A stretch of DNA of 63,430 nucleotides, filler included, from Barthelona sp. PAP020 (taxonomy: Eukaryota): NCBI GenBank assembly GCA_040182905.1. It is 7 parts of 7 records of this genome, joined end to end, with 100 filler letters (N's around TTAATTAATTAA, not from the genome) between each part and the next. Parts side by side here need not be neighbours in the genome. Positions count along the whole stretch, not along the records: positions 18,307 to 27,301 come from JARQWU010000435.1; positions 27,402 to 36,365 come from JARQWU010000436.1; 5 more parts are not named here. One strand, written 5' to 3'. The translations under genes and the position numbers were made by a program. The notes under the pieces are model-generated. The model worked only from the letters and a program-made list of their open reading frames with translations, did not search any database and had not been told where the DNA came from. Below, in pieces: positions 21,868 through 33,255 of the stretch. Positions within the stretch are counted from its first letter, which is position 1. Every line of letters begins with the position of its first letter.

Positions 21868-22126
21868 CAATAATAAATGATTATATTTGTTTTTGTATTA
21901 TTCTTTGTTCAAATACACAAAAGAATTTTTTTAAACGACAGACTCAGATTTTTTTTTCATTTACCTTTGAATTGTTATAATTGTTGTTATTAGATTATTG
22001 TTTAGAATATAAAAATTAGGTAATTAAGTTTGACAAATATTGAGAGAATTGATTTTATCTCTCAAAAGTAGATGACAAAGAATAAATTTTTTTATATCAT
22101 TTAATATTATACAAATTATGTAATTT

Positions 22127-24700
22127 ATGTCAATTGAGATAGAAGAATTGAAGAAACAACAAAATGAAAAACAATCAAACAAAATGATTGAAAATGAAAA
22201 CAAAACCGAGAAATTTCAAAAGAAAAATTCTTTTACTGCTCAAATTGATTCAGTTTTGAAAAATAATGAAACAAATAAGACATTAAATAAAACAAATAAA
22301 ACATTAAATAAAACAAAGAATAAAAAGAGATTGTTATATCACAAAAAATCAGTCTGGCCTGATCGATTTTCAAGTGTTGTCTTTTGTAAAGGTGATTCTA
22401 GAAATTATAAAGGTGCTTTTAAGCCAAAAATTATGTTGAAAGCCTTTTTTTTTATGGAACATAATTTGAATTGTATTAGAAATGCTGTTGTTACTGCTGG
22501 CTGTCGTTTGATTACTGGAAATGAGTTTATGTTTGGTTGGCAGCATAGATATTCTTTGGAAGAATTTCGTACTTTAAAGCCATTTCAAAAGGTCAATCAT
22601 TTTCCGGCAACGTGGGAGATTGGTCGTAAAAATAGACTTGCATCAAATATTACAAAGATGAGTCGAAAGCATGGTCGTGAAGCATTTGATTTCATTCCCC
22701 AGACGTACATTTTGCCTGCAGCTTCTGCGGCATTGACTCATGATTCATTAATGCATCGTGGAAAGCGATTATGGATTATAAAACCTTTTGGAGGTGCATG
22801 TGGACGAGGAATCAAAGTCAAGAAAGATATTCATAAAAGTATGCCTCAAAAGCCTTGTTTAGTTCAGCACTATATTGGAAATCCGCTGCTGATCGATGGG
22901 TATAAATTTGATCTGCGATTGTACGTGGTTTTGGGGTCCATTTCTCCAATGCGCATTTATATGTTTGATAATGGGCTTGCTAGATTTGCTACAAAACGGT
23001 ATGAAGGTGCGGATAGTTTGAACAAATTTATGCATTTAACAAACTATTCGGTCAATCGTCATTCGGATGCTTATAAAGAGAATGAAAATGCTAATGAGGA
23101 TGGAATTGGTTCCAAATGGTCTTTAAAGGCTCTAATTAGATACTTCAGGGAAAATGATATAGATTGGGATTTGATAAAGTCTAGAATTTATGATCTGTTT
23201 ACTAAAACAATTTTATCGATTGAAAACGAGGTCTTTAATCATTACCATTTATCAACATCAACAAGAGGCACGTGTTTTGAACTTTTTGGTTTTGATGTGT
23301 TGATTGATGATGAATTGAAGCCTTGGTTGTTGGAAGTTAACACTGCTCCTTCATTGAGTTCAACATCTCCTTTGGATAGAGAAATTAAAACTACATTAGT
23401 CACAACTATTTATAACATGGCTTGGTTGGTTCCTCTTCATAAGAATCAACGAAAAATTACCAAGTTTTTAGAAAATCATAAGCATTGTCTTCGACGTTCT
23501 GTACCCGCATTATCAGAATACGAATTGAATGATGTATACATGTTAGCAGAATTCGAAGATGAGTTTAAACATCGAGGAGGGTTCGATTTAGTGTATCCCC
23601 GATATAATGCTGAAGAATATGATTCATTCTTTGAATCTCCGAGGATACCGAATTTGATGCTACGACAATGGTTAGAGTTCAAGAAATTAAATCCAACTGT
23701 TTCTTTGGTCGATTACTTTGGAAGTAAGTTATTGAATCGTGATGATACTGCTATTTTAGAAATAAATGATTTTAATCCATTGGCTTCATTATCTCCATCT
23801 AAAAAGCAAAAACAAAAGCAAAAACAAAAGCAAAAGGAAGAGAATAAGGAGAAAAATGTTGAGCCTGTTATAAGGGTTCGAAGAACCTCGATAACACAAA
23901 ACGGACAAAATTCACAAAATTCTAACAATAGGATGAATGAAAATAAGAAAAATGTTAACATAGAATCAAAACGAAGAGGTTCTACTTTTGGTGATACAGA
24001 ATTCAATTTAAGTGGAAAGTGTCAATCTGTGAATGATTCATTTGAGAAGGATGTTGATAAGAGAACTTCATTTGTTGATCAATTTGATGATTTAAAGTTG
24101 AATACAGCACAATCCAAATATTTTGCTGATAATAATGATGATGACATTTTTGAATATCAAAACCGTCCAAGCATTAATTCTTCTTCATTGAATTTTGATC
24201 GTCCAGATTCTATAGAATCTGGACGTATTTCAACAATAACAATGAATCTTTCTTCAACTCCAAATTTATCGGAAAATTTTGATGACAATAATATCAACAA
24301 AAGTGTTAAAAATTTCAAACATTCAGATTATGCCTGTTCAACAACTTCTTCAAATAAATCATTGAGTAGAAGATCTTCAACTTCTTCTACTTCTTCAATA
24401 AATTCAAACTCAAATATTCAAGTCTCTGCTTATCCTCGTAATTCAATTAAGAATCGTTCACATCCTTCAAACAATTACTCATCTGAACAAAAACAATCTC
24501 TTGAGAAAAAATTTGGATCCTCATTTGAAGAAAATTTCACTGTAAAAAGTAGTTACAAAACACATTTTTCAGATTTAATTAAGAATTCTAAACAAGAACA
24601 ATTGGATCAACATTTATTACCCAAACCTATAAAAATCGTTAAACCTCCAAAGATTGATCAAAAACAAAATTATCTTTTTCCATCAAATAACTTATCATAA
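22127..24700 (+). CDS. Tubulin-tyrosine ligase-like (TTLL4/5-type polyglutamylase)
   Basis: QKVNHFP, WIIKP..ACGRGI, KFDLRLYV, MHLTNYSVN, CFELFGFDVLID..LKPWLLEVN..PSL. Confidence 0.93.
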   Translation: MSIEIEELKKQQNEKQSNKMIENENKTEKFQKKNSFTAQIDSVLKNNETNKTLNKTNKTLNKTKNKKRLLYHKKSVWPDRFSSVVFCKGDSRNYKGAFKPKIMLKAFFFMEHNLNCIRNAVVTAGCRLITGNEFMFGWQHRYSLEEFRTLKPFQKVNHFPATWEIGRKNRLASNITKMSRKHGREAFDFIPQTYILPAASAALTHDSLMHRGKRLWIIKPFGGACGRGIKVKKDIHKSMPQKPCLVQHYIGNPLLIDGYKFDLRLYVVLGSISPMRIYMFDNGLARFATKRYEGADSLNKFMHLTNYSVNRHSDAYKENENANEDGIGSKWSLKALIRYFRENDIDWDLIKSRIYDLFTKTILSIENEVFNHYHLSTSTRGTCFELFGFDVLIDDELKPWLLEVNTAPSLSSTSPLDREIKTTLVTTIYNMAWLVPLHKNQRKITKFLENHKHCLRRSVPALSEYELNDVYMLAEFEDEFKHRGGFDLVYPRYNAEEYDSFFESPRIPNLMLRQWLEFKKLNPTVSLVDYFGSKLLNRDDTAILEINDFNPLASLSPSKKQKQKQKQKQKEENKEKNVEPVIRVRRTSITQNGQNSQNSNNRMNENKKNVNIESKRRGSTFGDTEFNLSGKCQSVNDSFEKDVDKRTSFVDQFDDLKLNTAQSKYFADNNDDDIFEYQNRPSINSSSLNFDRPDSIESGRISTITMNLSSTPNLSENFDDNNINKSVKNFKHSDYACSTTSSNKSLSRRSSTSSTSSINSNSNIQVSAYPRNSIKNRSHPSNNYSSEQKQSLEKKFGSSFEENFTVKSSYKTHFSDLIKNSKQEQLDQHLLPKPIKIVKPPKIDQKQNYLFPSNNLS

Positions 24701-25064
24701 TTGTTCAATATTTTTTGTTTCTGTTTTATAAATAATTCCATTGTTTGTTTTTTCTTTGTTTTATTGTTTGTTGTTAATTATTTTTATTTCATTAATTCAT
24801 TGTGGAGAAATAAAATAAAATTTTAAAGGTATCATTGTCTTTGGAAAGAAATTCAACACCTTTTCAAATTCCTTCAAAAGTTCTATTTGCTTTATCAATT
24901 TATCATTTTGAAAGACAAATTCTTACAATTTTTATAAATCCACAATTAATTAAGAAGAATAGAATACATATTTGAATTCAAGGACTTGATCCTGCAAAAT
25001 AAAAAATTTATAATCATCTTTTGTGTTGCCAATTTCGATACATCGATTGAATTGATAATTCATT

Positions 25065-27152
25065 ATGAAATCGCTTGATATTGATGAAAATACAGATAAT
25101 ACGATGGACAAATGGGTGAATATTTTAAATTCTGCAGTTAATTTATCAAAAGCGAAACATAATTCAAAACAAAAAGTTCAACAAAGATTAAGTGATATGA
25201 ATTCGTTAAATTCTGGAGTTTTGGCTTTTTCTATGAAGAATAAACTTCCAATTGAACAAATGGAACGAACAAACAGTTTAACCAATTTTCAAAAACAATT
25301 AAATCAAAAAACAAATGCACAGTTAGCTTATCGATTAAATTTAGTTGAGAATGAATATAAACAAAAGACAGAAATTCAATCACAAGCTTTTGATGATGTT
25401 TTGAATTTGATTGAACGACGAAAACAAAATCACAGACTTGAAGATATAATAAATTCAACGAAGCGACTTAATCAAACAATAACTCAAGAAATTGAAGAAA
25501 CAAGGATAAAGAAAGATGAATTGGCAAGAACAGAAATTGCTGAAAAGTATAAAAAAATTGAATATCATCGGATTATTGAGCCTTCCAATGAAGCTAGGAA
25601 AGAATTTTTGAGAAAACAACAAATTTTCATTGAAGAAGAAGTTCTTCATTTACACGATGATTTGTTGAGCAAATATCAAGATATAGTTACTGAAAACATT
25701 AGAACATGTTGGAAAAACAAGAGTGATGACGATTTATTTGTGTTTTCTCTGATTGATGAAAGCATCACTATTGAAGAAAACCTGAAATATGTGGAAAAGC
25801 ATTTAGAAGAAGGTTTTAAAGTGTATATCATGAGGATATTGCATGAGAAGTGGGGTAATCGTCTGGATGTTTTTGATAGAACTGGTCGATTACAGGATAG
25901 CGATATATTTCGAGTAAAACAATTATTTTTTGAAACTTGCTATGAAATAGAGTTTCCAGAAATTTTGGAGCAAGCCACAATCTTTGTTTTTAATTTGTTA
26001 CATCTTGTTGAAAATGAACGAAATTGGATGTATATGGAGGAACGTGAACGCCAATTACAGTTAGATTTGGAAGAGGAAATGAGATGCACTGAAATTATGT
26101 ATATGAAAAGTCACGATTTGGCCAGATCTAAATTGGTGGGAGTTACACAGGTAATCAGTGTCAGCAAAGAAAAGAGAATGTTAGCTGAACAAGAAGCTTA
26201 TCAAAATTGTCTGAAAGATGAAGAGGTTGAAAGAGAGAATATTGAAAGACAACAAATGTTTGTTGAAGCCAAGAATCGCAGACAGAGTTTGGTCGACATG
26301 GAAGAAAATCGATTGAGTGAAATGAAGTTAATGCGTATAGAGGAAGAGAGAAGAAGACGTGTTGATAGATTCAGAAAAAGAAAGTTGCAAGTATTACACA
26401 ATCAAAAAGAAAGGGAAATGAATAAAATCAGAGAGCAAATACGTGCTGTTGAATCTGAAGAAAGAAAAAGGAAACAAAAAGAAGAACAAAAAGCGGCAGA
26501 AGAAAAGAGATTACAATTAGAAATTGAATATGAGGCCAAAAAGTTAAGAAAACAAAAGGAAAAACAAAGAAAACAACTTGAAGAACAGAAATTTGTTGCT
26601 GAAGTTGAACAAAAAATTAAAGAAATGTTGATTGAAGGTGCTGTCTTCTTGAAACATGGTCATAGAGGAGCTCCTAAAAGAAGACATATTTGGATGTCAT
26701 CTGCATTAGACTTGGTTCAATGGAGAGATCCAGGTTCTTCAAAGGAAAAAGTCAAAAGTCATCTCTTTTGGAGCGATATTTTCGAAGTTCGTCTTGGACA
26801 AACAACGGAAGTTTTTGAAAGGCAGTCTGGTGAGCCAGGAAAAGAAAGGTCAAGTTTTTCACTAATTGGAAGGGAAAGAACACTTGATTTGGAATGTGAA
26901 AATCCAGCTATGGCAAATAATTGGTTTAAAGCCTTCAAATGGTTACTTGATCAAAGACAAAAAGAAAGAGTTAGCAAGGTAAATGAATTTGTTAAGATGA
27001 CAAGAGAATTAAACAGGAGGAAGTCTTCAACCAGTGTCCCAAATTCGAAATTTGGCAGGTCTTCAACTTTAAAAAATTTTCAACTTGTTAATGATGATGA
27101 AAATAGCACATTGGAATCAGAATCCATCTTTGGCGATGAAGAAGAGGTTTAG
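25065..27152 (+). CDS. Coiled-coil protein with C-terminal PH domain (PLC/Mcp5-type)
   Basis: GAVFLKHGHRGAPKRRHIW...EVRLGQTTEVF...SFSLIGRERTLDLEC...WFKAFKWL. Confidence 0.85.
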   Translation: MKSLDIDENTDNTMDKWVNILNSAVNLSKAKHNSKQKVQQRLSDMNSLNSGVLAFSMKNKLPIEQMERTNSLTNFQKQLNQKTNAQLAYRLNLVENEYKQKTEIQSQAFDDVLNLIERRKQNHRLEDIINSTKRLNQTITQEIEETRIKKDELARTEIAEKYKKIEYHRIIEPSNEARKEFLRKQQIFIEEEVLHLHDDLLSKYQDIVTENIRTCWKNKSDDDLFVFSLIDESITIEENLKYVEKHLEEGFKVYIMRILHEKWGNRLDVFDRTGRLQDSDIFRVKQLFFETCYEIEFPEILEQATIFVFNLLHLVENERNWMYMEERERQLQLDLEEEMRCTEIMYMKSHDLARSKLVGVTQVISVSKEKRMLAEQEAYQNCLKDEEVERENIERQQMFVEAKNRRQSLVDMEENRLSEMKLMRIEEERRRRVDRFRKRKLQVLHNQKEREMNKIREQIRAVESEERKRKQKEEQKAAEEKRLQLEIEYEAKKLRKQKEKQRKQLEEQKFVAEVEQKIKEMLIEGAVFLKHGHRGAPKRRHIWMSSALDLVQWRDPGSSKEKVKSHLFWSDIFEVRLGQTTEVFERQSGEPGKERSSFSLIGRERTLDLECENPAMANNWFKAFKWLLDQRQKERVSKVNEFVKMTRELNRRKSSTSVPNSKFGRSSTLKNFQLVNDDENSTLESESIFGDEEEV

Positions 27153-27301
27153 TTTATAGTCTGGTTATTGTTATGATATCACCTTTGTATAGTAAATATT
27201 TATTTATTTTTTATCGTTTCACACTATTTTTGTGAAAGAATCGACAATTTTAGGGTTTGCTATGATAATTTGGAAATCGAAAAAAATTTCCCAAATTTAA
27301 A

Positions 27302-27401
27302 NNNNNNNNNNNNNNNNNNNNNNNNNNNNNNNNNNNNNNNNNNNNTTAATTAATTAANNNNNNNNNNNNNNNNNNNNNNNNNNNNNNNNNNNNNNNNNNN
27401 N
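27302..27401. other. Artificial contig linker
   Basis: N44-TTAATTAATTAA-N44. Confidence 0.99.
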
Positions 27402-27653
27402 ACAAGTATAGGAGTGACCACAATTGCATCCACCAGGACCTGTCGAAATCGAATGTTGAACAATAATAGTATTACTGGTTCCTTGCGGATTAACACCAAA
27501 AGCATTATATCTGTACCACCAAGTACAATCAGTAGTGGTAGTAGCACAGGTCTTAAAAATTACCTCATTACGAATAGATGTATAAGAAGATCCATAAATA
27601 ACCCTCGAAAAACAGATAAAACTAAAAACTAATATAAACAAATATGCTTTCAT
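27402..27653 (-). CDS. N-terminus of a secreted Cys/Thr-rich protein (3'-truncated)
   Basis: Signal peptide MKAYLFILVFSFICFS, then Cys-rich sequence running into the gap. Confidence 0.7.
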
Positions 27654-28258
27654 ATTTCTTTTTTCTAAAATTCAACAAAAATCAATAAAATATAAATAAA
27701 ATAAAAAATTAAAAAGAAATTCGTCAATTAAATACCAACGAAAGGTAATTGAATCAATAAAAAAGAATTTACCTCCTTGGAAAATCCACGTCAAACGTGG
27801 AAAATCCAAAAACACTATTGAAAGCATTTTCTTGAAGAGAATGGGAATAAAACAAAGACACAGTCAAATTTGAATTTAAAGAACGCAATATAAACCCCAA
27901 TATGACAATGTTGGCATTTCTTTGTTAACTCTTTTAATTTCCTGAAAGTACATTTAATTTTACATATTATCGTCAATTATAAAGAATAAACCGTCGCATT
28001 AAAACAATTTTCACCGGGCATGATTTTCTTTTTTCTTTTTTTCTTTCAAAGAATGATGCATCAATTTTTTGATTCTTCATTGGAATTCTTTATAAACTTT
28101 CCTTATTTAAAAAAAAAAGGGTTGACAAAAGAGGGAAAACCAAAATGCTCTTAATTTATAGTAAGAACACAAACAGAGCAATACCAATTGAAGATTTTAC
28201 ATGAATAGTTGTGACAAAAAGTGTAAAAATCAATTTCCTTTTTTGATTTTTTTTTCGA

Positions 28259-31200
28259 ATGAACATTGTTAATTCTAATATTTGTGGGTTGTATTCATCC
28301 CCAAATATTGATACCAAAGAAATTATTCAATGTATATTGAAGAAATACAAACCACGATTGTTTCCAATTTTAAAAGAAAACATTATTAAAAAAGGGGAAA
28401 AAAACATTGGCATTGACAGATATAAAGAGTTAATAGCTGAATATGTAAATGAAATGAATGTAGAAAATGAATTCACTTTGAATGAAATTAAATTGGATGA
28501 TTTGTTAACAATGACTTCTCCTGTAAATGAAACAAGAACAGTAACTCCAAAAAAGGGAAAAAGATCTGCTGGTAATAAAACAAACAAAAAAACGGAAAAA
28601 AAGAAACGTGAGAAGACAGATAGCAAAGAAGAAGAAGAACTCAGTGGATATAATGACTTGCCTGGAACTAATAACAATTATTTTTGCTGTATTGATTTAA
28701 ATATTGAACAAATTTCAGAAATGCAAAATTGTTTTAACTCTTTATTTTTCATTGAAAAAGAAAATGAACATTATTGGGAAGATGTTCTGCATGATATGGA
28801 ATTGAAAGTGCCTTTTGATGTTTTTTCAATCGATGAAGAAATTAATTCTGAAAATATTATTGAAGCGATGTGTGTTTCGATTGGAAATCATATTTTTATG
28901 AAAAATATGTATGATGATTATCTTGATAAATCTGTTGTTGTTACGATTCCTACTAATACAATTGATTTGTCAAGAAAAGAATATGATGGTTACATAGAAA
29001 AAATCAAACCTTTTGATGACAGTATTTCACTAATATTACATGGTATTGTTGAACAAACATTGTGTAATCTTGGCGAAATTGAGAATATTAACATCCCTGA
29101 AGCTACAGCAGATTCTAATGTTCATGAGTTTACATCTCATTTGCCTAAATTTGCGCCAGACGGTTTAATAAAGATTGAAGATGATATGCTAAATATATAT
29201 ATTAACCATTTTCTTTTAAAAGGTTTGAAAGAGATGAAAGATGATGATTTATTGAAGTTAAATATTCTTGTTACGAAAGTTTCACAAGGTGTTTCTTCGT
29301 CTGATGATGAAATTAATGTTGATGATCGAAAAACACTTTTTAACAATCATATTTCTTTGAATATAATACATCTTGTTGAATTAGGACAATATTTGGAAGA
29401 AAAGTTGATAGATTGTGAAACTGGTAGTATGTATTGTGCAATTTCAGACCGTGTTGGAATGAAACCATTGAACCCCAAAAGATTGGCATTGAATATGTTG
29501 GAAATTGCTAGAACATCGCCTTGTTATCTCAAAATGATGACTTCCAAATTTTCAAATCAACGAATTGTCTTAACTGGAAGTAATAACACCCGAGAGCCTT
29601 CTGTTGTTGAATTTAACGATGCAGTTACAGATACTAATTTGACGGCTGTGCCTTCATTAAATGAATTTATCAAGTTGAATAAAGAAAGAATGCTTGAAAA
29701 AATCAATATTTCTCGTAAAGCTGCAAGTGAAAATCATGAACAAAAGGTTTTGGAGGAAGTTTTGAGATTACAAAGGGAAATTCCACCAATGGGAGATGAT
29801 GATAATATTCCTTCAATAAATGTTGAAAAATTGCAAAGAATGTTGCCTATCGTCATTGATGAGCCAGAATATTTATCTCCATCTTCAAAACCTTTATATA
29901 GAGGATTACCTGAACCCACCAACCCATCTTTTAGGTCAAAAGTGTTTTGTCCTGCAGATCGTTCTGAAGTTTCCATCACGCTTGGATCAAATGAGAATGA
30001 AAGAAAAACCGTTGAAGATGAAAATGATTGGAAAAAGCAGAATTTTTCAAATATGGGATTGTTAAATGTATCAAAAGATGGATGCTTGTTACAAATGGAA
30101 AAAAATACATTAACTTTAGATATTGGAACGCATAATGCAAGCTTATCTTTGATCGAAAATAAAGTAGAGCAACAAAGACTTATTCTTCGTTCCATTGAAG
30201 ATGATTTTGTTATGATTAACTTGAATGATGGATTAATTTCTCAAGTGAGTCATGTTGATAGGGAAAAAATTTATCATACATCAATATTGAATGGTGGATA
30301 TGTTGGTACTAGTGATCTTCACATGTTTTCCAGTGGAAATTGGAGACGTGGTGATGAAATAGTTCAAGATGGGAAATATGGCCATAATCGCATTGTTGAA
30401 CAAATTGAAGAGGAAGAAAAAAAGAAAAATGTGAAAGGAAAGAAGGATAAAAATAAAAAAGGAAAAAGGCCACCATCTGTTCAAAAGGAAATGCCAGAAC
30501 TTATGTCAAAAGCAGAATTTGTTGTAGAAAAGGATTTGAGAACCATTGAAGTACAACCCAATGATGTTAAAATCCAATTAAGAGAAGATGATGTTGCTTT
30601 CTTTGAGAATGAAAAAATACAGATTGTTAAACATCTTGAAGGGGTACGTTTCAATAAATTGAAGCCTTGTATGAATTTAGAAATGGAATCACCATTTAGT
30701 TTTATATCGTTGAAACCTCATTTGGTAGCTTTTCCTGCTGATATTAGCAATATTGAAGAATTAATAGTTGAGATGCCATGTTGTAGAGCTGTTCACCATT
30801 TCTTTTCAAAAGGAATACCTTTAGGTTCTATCATTGAGTTGGATGATAACAATCGTATCGAAATTGTTCCCTTTAGCTGTTTAGATTCATATGATAGAAC
30901 ATTTAATCATTTTGTTTGTGGTGTTTCTGTAGAAGGTCATGTTTTGAAAGTTGATTCTTCAGGTATCATATCTTATGCTGGTTGTGATTATGAAAATGAT
31001 TGTGCAGTGTTTTTGGAGAAATATGGGGGACATATTCCTAATGTATCATGGAAAGAACCTCAATATGGAATTTACAGGTTTTTATATCCCAAATTATGCA
31101 ATTCTACAGTGACTAAGCATATTGAAAGGGATGAGCCCATTATTGCCACTCCGCCTAATGATTTCCAGTTTCAAATATTGGATTGGGAAGGTATATGTTG

Positions 31201-32596
31201 GACTGTAACTCCAAGTGGAAATGTGTTTGTTGGAATGCCTGAATTAGTTGAAGAAGAACTGAAAAAAAAGGAGGATAAAGAAGAAATGGAGGAAGAAGTG
31301 GTGATTGAAAAAACTTTAGAAGATACAAAGAAGGATTTAAAAGATGGCAAGAAAAAGAAAGGAAAAAATTCCAAAGAATCTTTAAAGAGTGTTGATGAAC
31401 CTATTATTGAAGAAATAGATGAAACCAAATATTTCACTGAAACTTCTGTAATCACAAAAAAGAATGATAATGAACAAAAAGAGCTTCCACATTTCAGATT
31501 ACATAGCAAAATATTTGTGATAGATTCAAGTGGTAACGGATTTGAATTTTTGAGACATAAGGATTTAATTAAACGATTAAAAAGAATGAAAAAAACTTGT
31601 GATTCATTTACGATACAAAGAACTAATTTAAATACCGAAGTGGAAACGTTTGTTGGATTGACTAAAATTAAATATCCTGAATCAAAAGTGGAAATTAAAG
31701 ATTATTTTGATGAAATTACTGAAATTATTCCTGTTGAGTTTGAAACGTTGAAACCATACAAACCAATGATTAAACAAGTTGAAGACAAAACATCTTTGGT
31801 TTTGATGGAAAAATATATCAATACATTTGGTATTAGTGAAAAGCAACTTGAATTGATTAAAGATCTGCTTAAAGAATATGTTACTTGGGAAAAATCAACT
31901 CAGAGACACTATGATGCAATTATGAGAGAATATCGTGATAATGAAGAAGTGATCGAAAGATATTCATACGAGCAATTTTCCAAAAATGTGATTATTCCTG
32001 AACAACAGAATGTGCCCTCAATTGAAGAAACGAATACCATAATTAATGATGCTGTCAATGCATTAGATGTAGCTTTTACCAATTTGGCAGTTCAAAAAAC
32101 TATTACCGATTGTCACATCAATACACCAACATTGAAACAAAAGAATAATATATATTTTGATGACAATCAATTATTCATAAGGGAAATTGAAAAAGAAGAA
32201 CTCAGTCAAGAGAAATTCATGCGTTCTTATCGATTGGATGTTTCGAAGCGTCAAAAATTCATTGATAATCATGAAAATAGAAATGTAACGGCTGATATGT
32301 ATAACACGGCTCCTTTTGTTTCTCGAACTAAAATTTCTCAAGATTTGGAACCTTTGAGTCATGAATCTATTCCAGTACCTTTATCTCCCAAAAATGGAAC
32401 AGCTGCACAAAATAAAAAGAAAGAAACAACGAAACCTACAAAAGTTCAAAGTGTCAAGAGCAATAATTCAAGAAAAAAATTAAAAGTTGAAATGCCACTT
32501 GCACCAGAATTCGAAGAAATCAATCTTGAAGAATCTGTTGAAAATATAAAAGAGAGAACTCGTAAAATTGCTTCTGCTTGGTCTAACCGATCATGA
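28259..32596 (+). CDS. Large flagellar central-pair protein, SPAG17/PF6-like
   Basis: 1445-aa ORF. FQILDWEGICWTVTPSGNV and KIFVIDSSGNGFEFLRHKD resemble conserved SPAG17 C-terminal blocks, interspersed with KKGK patches. Family call is from motif recall. Confidence 0.55.
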   Translation: MNIVNSNICGLYSSPNIDTKEIIQCILKKYKPRLFPILKENIIKKGEKNIGIDRYKELIAEYVNEMNVENEFTLNEIKLDDLLTMTSPVNETRTVTPKKGKRSAGNKTNKKTEKKKREKTDSKEEEELSGYNDLPGTNNNYFCCIDLNIEQISEMQNCFNSLFFIEKENEHYWEDVLHDMELKVPFDVFSIDEEINSENIIEAMCVSIGNHIFMKNMYDDYLDKSVVVTIPTNTIDLSRKEYDGYIEKIKPFDDSISLILHGIVEQTLCNLGEIENINIPEATADSNVHEFTSHLPKFAPDGLIKIEDDMLNIYINHFLLKGLKEMKDDDLLKLNILVTKVSQGVSSSDDEINVDDRKTLFNNHISLNIIHLVELGQYLEEKLIDCETGSMYCAISDRVGMKPLNPKRLALNMLEIARTSPCYLKMMTSKFSNQRIVLTGSNNTREPSVVEFNDAVTDTNLTAVPSLNEFIKLNKERMLEKINISRKAASENHEQKVLEEVLRLQREIPPMGDDDNIPSINVEKLQRMLPIVIDEPEYLSPSSKPLYRGLPEPTNPSFRSKVFCPADRSEVSITLGSNENERKTVEDENDWKKQNFSNMGLLNVSKDGCLLQMEKNTLTLDIGTHNASLSLIENKVEQQRLILRSIEDDFVMINLNDGLISQVSHVDREKIYHTSILNGGYVGTSDLHMFSSGNWRRGDEIVQDGKYGHNRIVEQIEEEEKKKNVKGKKDKNKKGKRPPSVQKEMPELMSKAEFVVEKDLRTIEVQPNDVKIQLREDDVAFFENEKIQIVKHLEGVRFNKLKPCMNLEMESPFSFISLKPHLVAFPADISNIEELIVEMPCCRAVHHFFSKGIPLGSIIELDDNNRIEIVPFSCLDSYDRTFNHFVCGVSVEGHVLKVDSSGIISYAGCDYENDCAVFLEKYGGHIPNVSWKEPQYGIYRFLYPKLCNSTVTKHIERDEPIIATPPNDFQFQILDWEGICWTVTPSGNVFVGMPELVEEELKKKEDKEEMEEEVVIEKTLEDTKKDLKDGKKKKGKNSKESLKSVDEPIIEEIDETKYFTETSVITKKNDNEQKELPHFRLHSKIFVIDSSGNGFEFLRHKDLIKRLKRMKKTCDSFTIQRTNLNTEVETFVGLTKIKYPESKVEIKDYFDEITEIIPVEFETLKPYKPMIKQVEDKTSLVLMEKYINTFGISEKQLELIKDLLKEYVTWEKSTQRHYDAIMREYRDNEEVIERYSYEQFSKNVIIPEQQNVPSIEETNTIINDAVNALDVAFTNLAVQKTITDCHINTPTLKQKNNIYFDDNQLFIREIEKEELSQEKFMRSYRLDVSKRQKFIDNHENRNVTADMYNTAPFVSRTKISQDLEPLSHESIPVPLSPKNGTAAQNKKKETTKPTKVQSVKSNNSRKKLKVEMPLAPEFEEINLEESVENIKERTRKIASAWSNRS

Positions 32597-33255
32597 ATAA
32601 AATTTTGTAAAAGTGTTTTGGATTTTGATTTTTCTTCATTGTTTTAACATGAAAGATTTCTTTTTTGGACAATTTGGCATTTTAACTGAGTAAAGAGGGA
32701 ATAATTTTTGCAGGCATTGCTCTTTAGTGGTACTTCAAGGCAATTGAGTGAGATTTGCGGGCTGTTTTTGGAACAACAATAGTTAATGTGAGAAAGAAGT
32801 AAACCAAGAAAACATATTTTTATTTATTTTGGTTTCTGTCAAAAACAACCACATTTGTTTCAAAAGAACACCAGAAAAACATTTTGGAAAGAAACAGTCA
32901 AATGTTCATGAGGGGAATAGCAGTTATCATCTGACACATTCAATCAAGAATAAGAATATATGTTGTGTTGATAAGAAACTAAACAAAGGTCAAATATCAG
33001 ATGTTTATCCACCGTAAAACCTTTCTTTCACATTAAAAGGCGCATATTATATATTGATTAGTGTGAAAACTTTTGAATTCAACAGCATACTTTTGGAAAT
33101 CACAAACCAAATTTCTCTTTCTAAAAGTTCTTTTTGGATAAATAACAAATACACAACAAAATATTGCACTAATTTATAAAATTGGAGAACAAACTGAAAT
33201 CTTAGAGAAAGCTAAAAGAGAAGTTGAAAAAAAATCCAAAATTTCACTTTTTTTA

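Noticed and set aside
23800..23835. CAAAAR microsatellite (QKQKQK) and NKTL repeats in the TTLL gene
   Set aside because: Ordinary in-frame low-complexity slippage in disordered regions.
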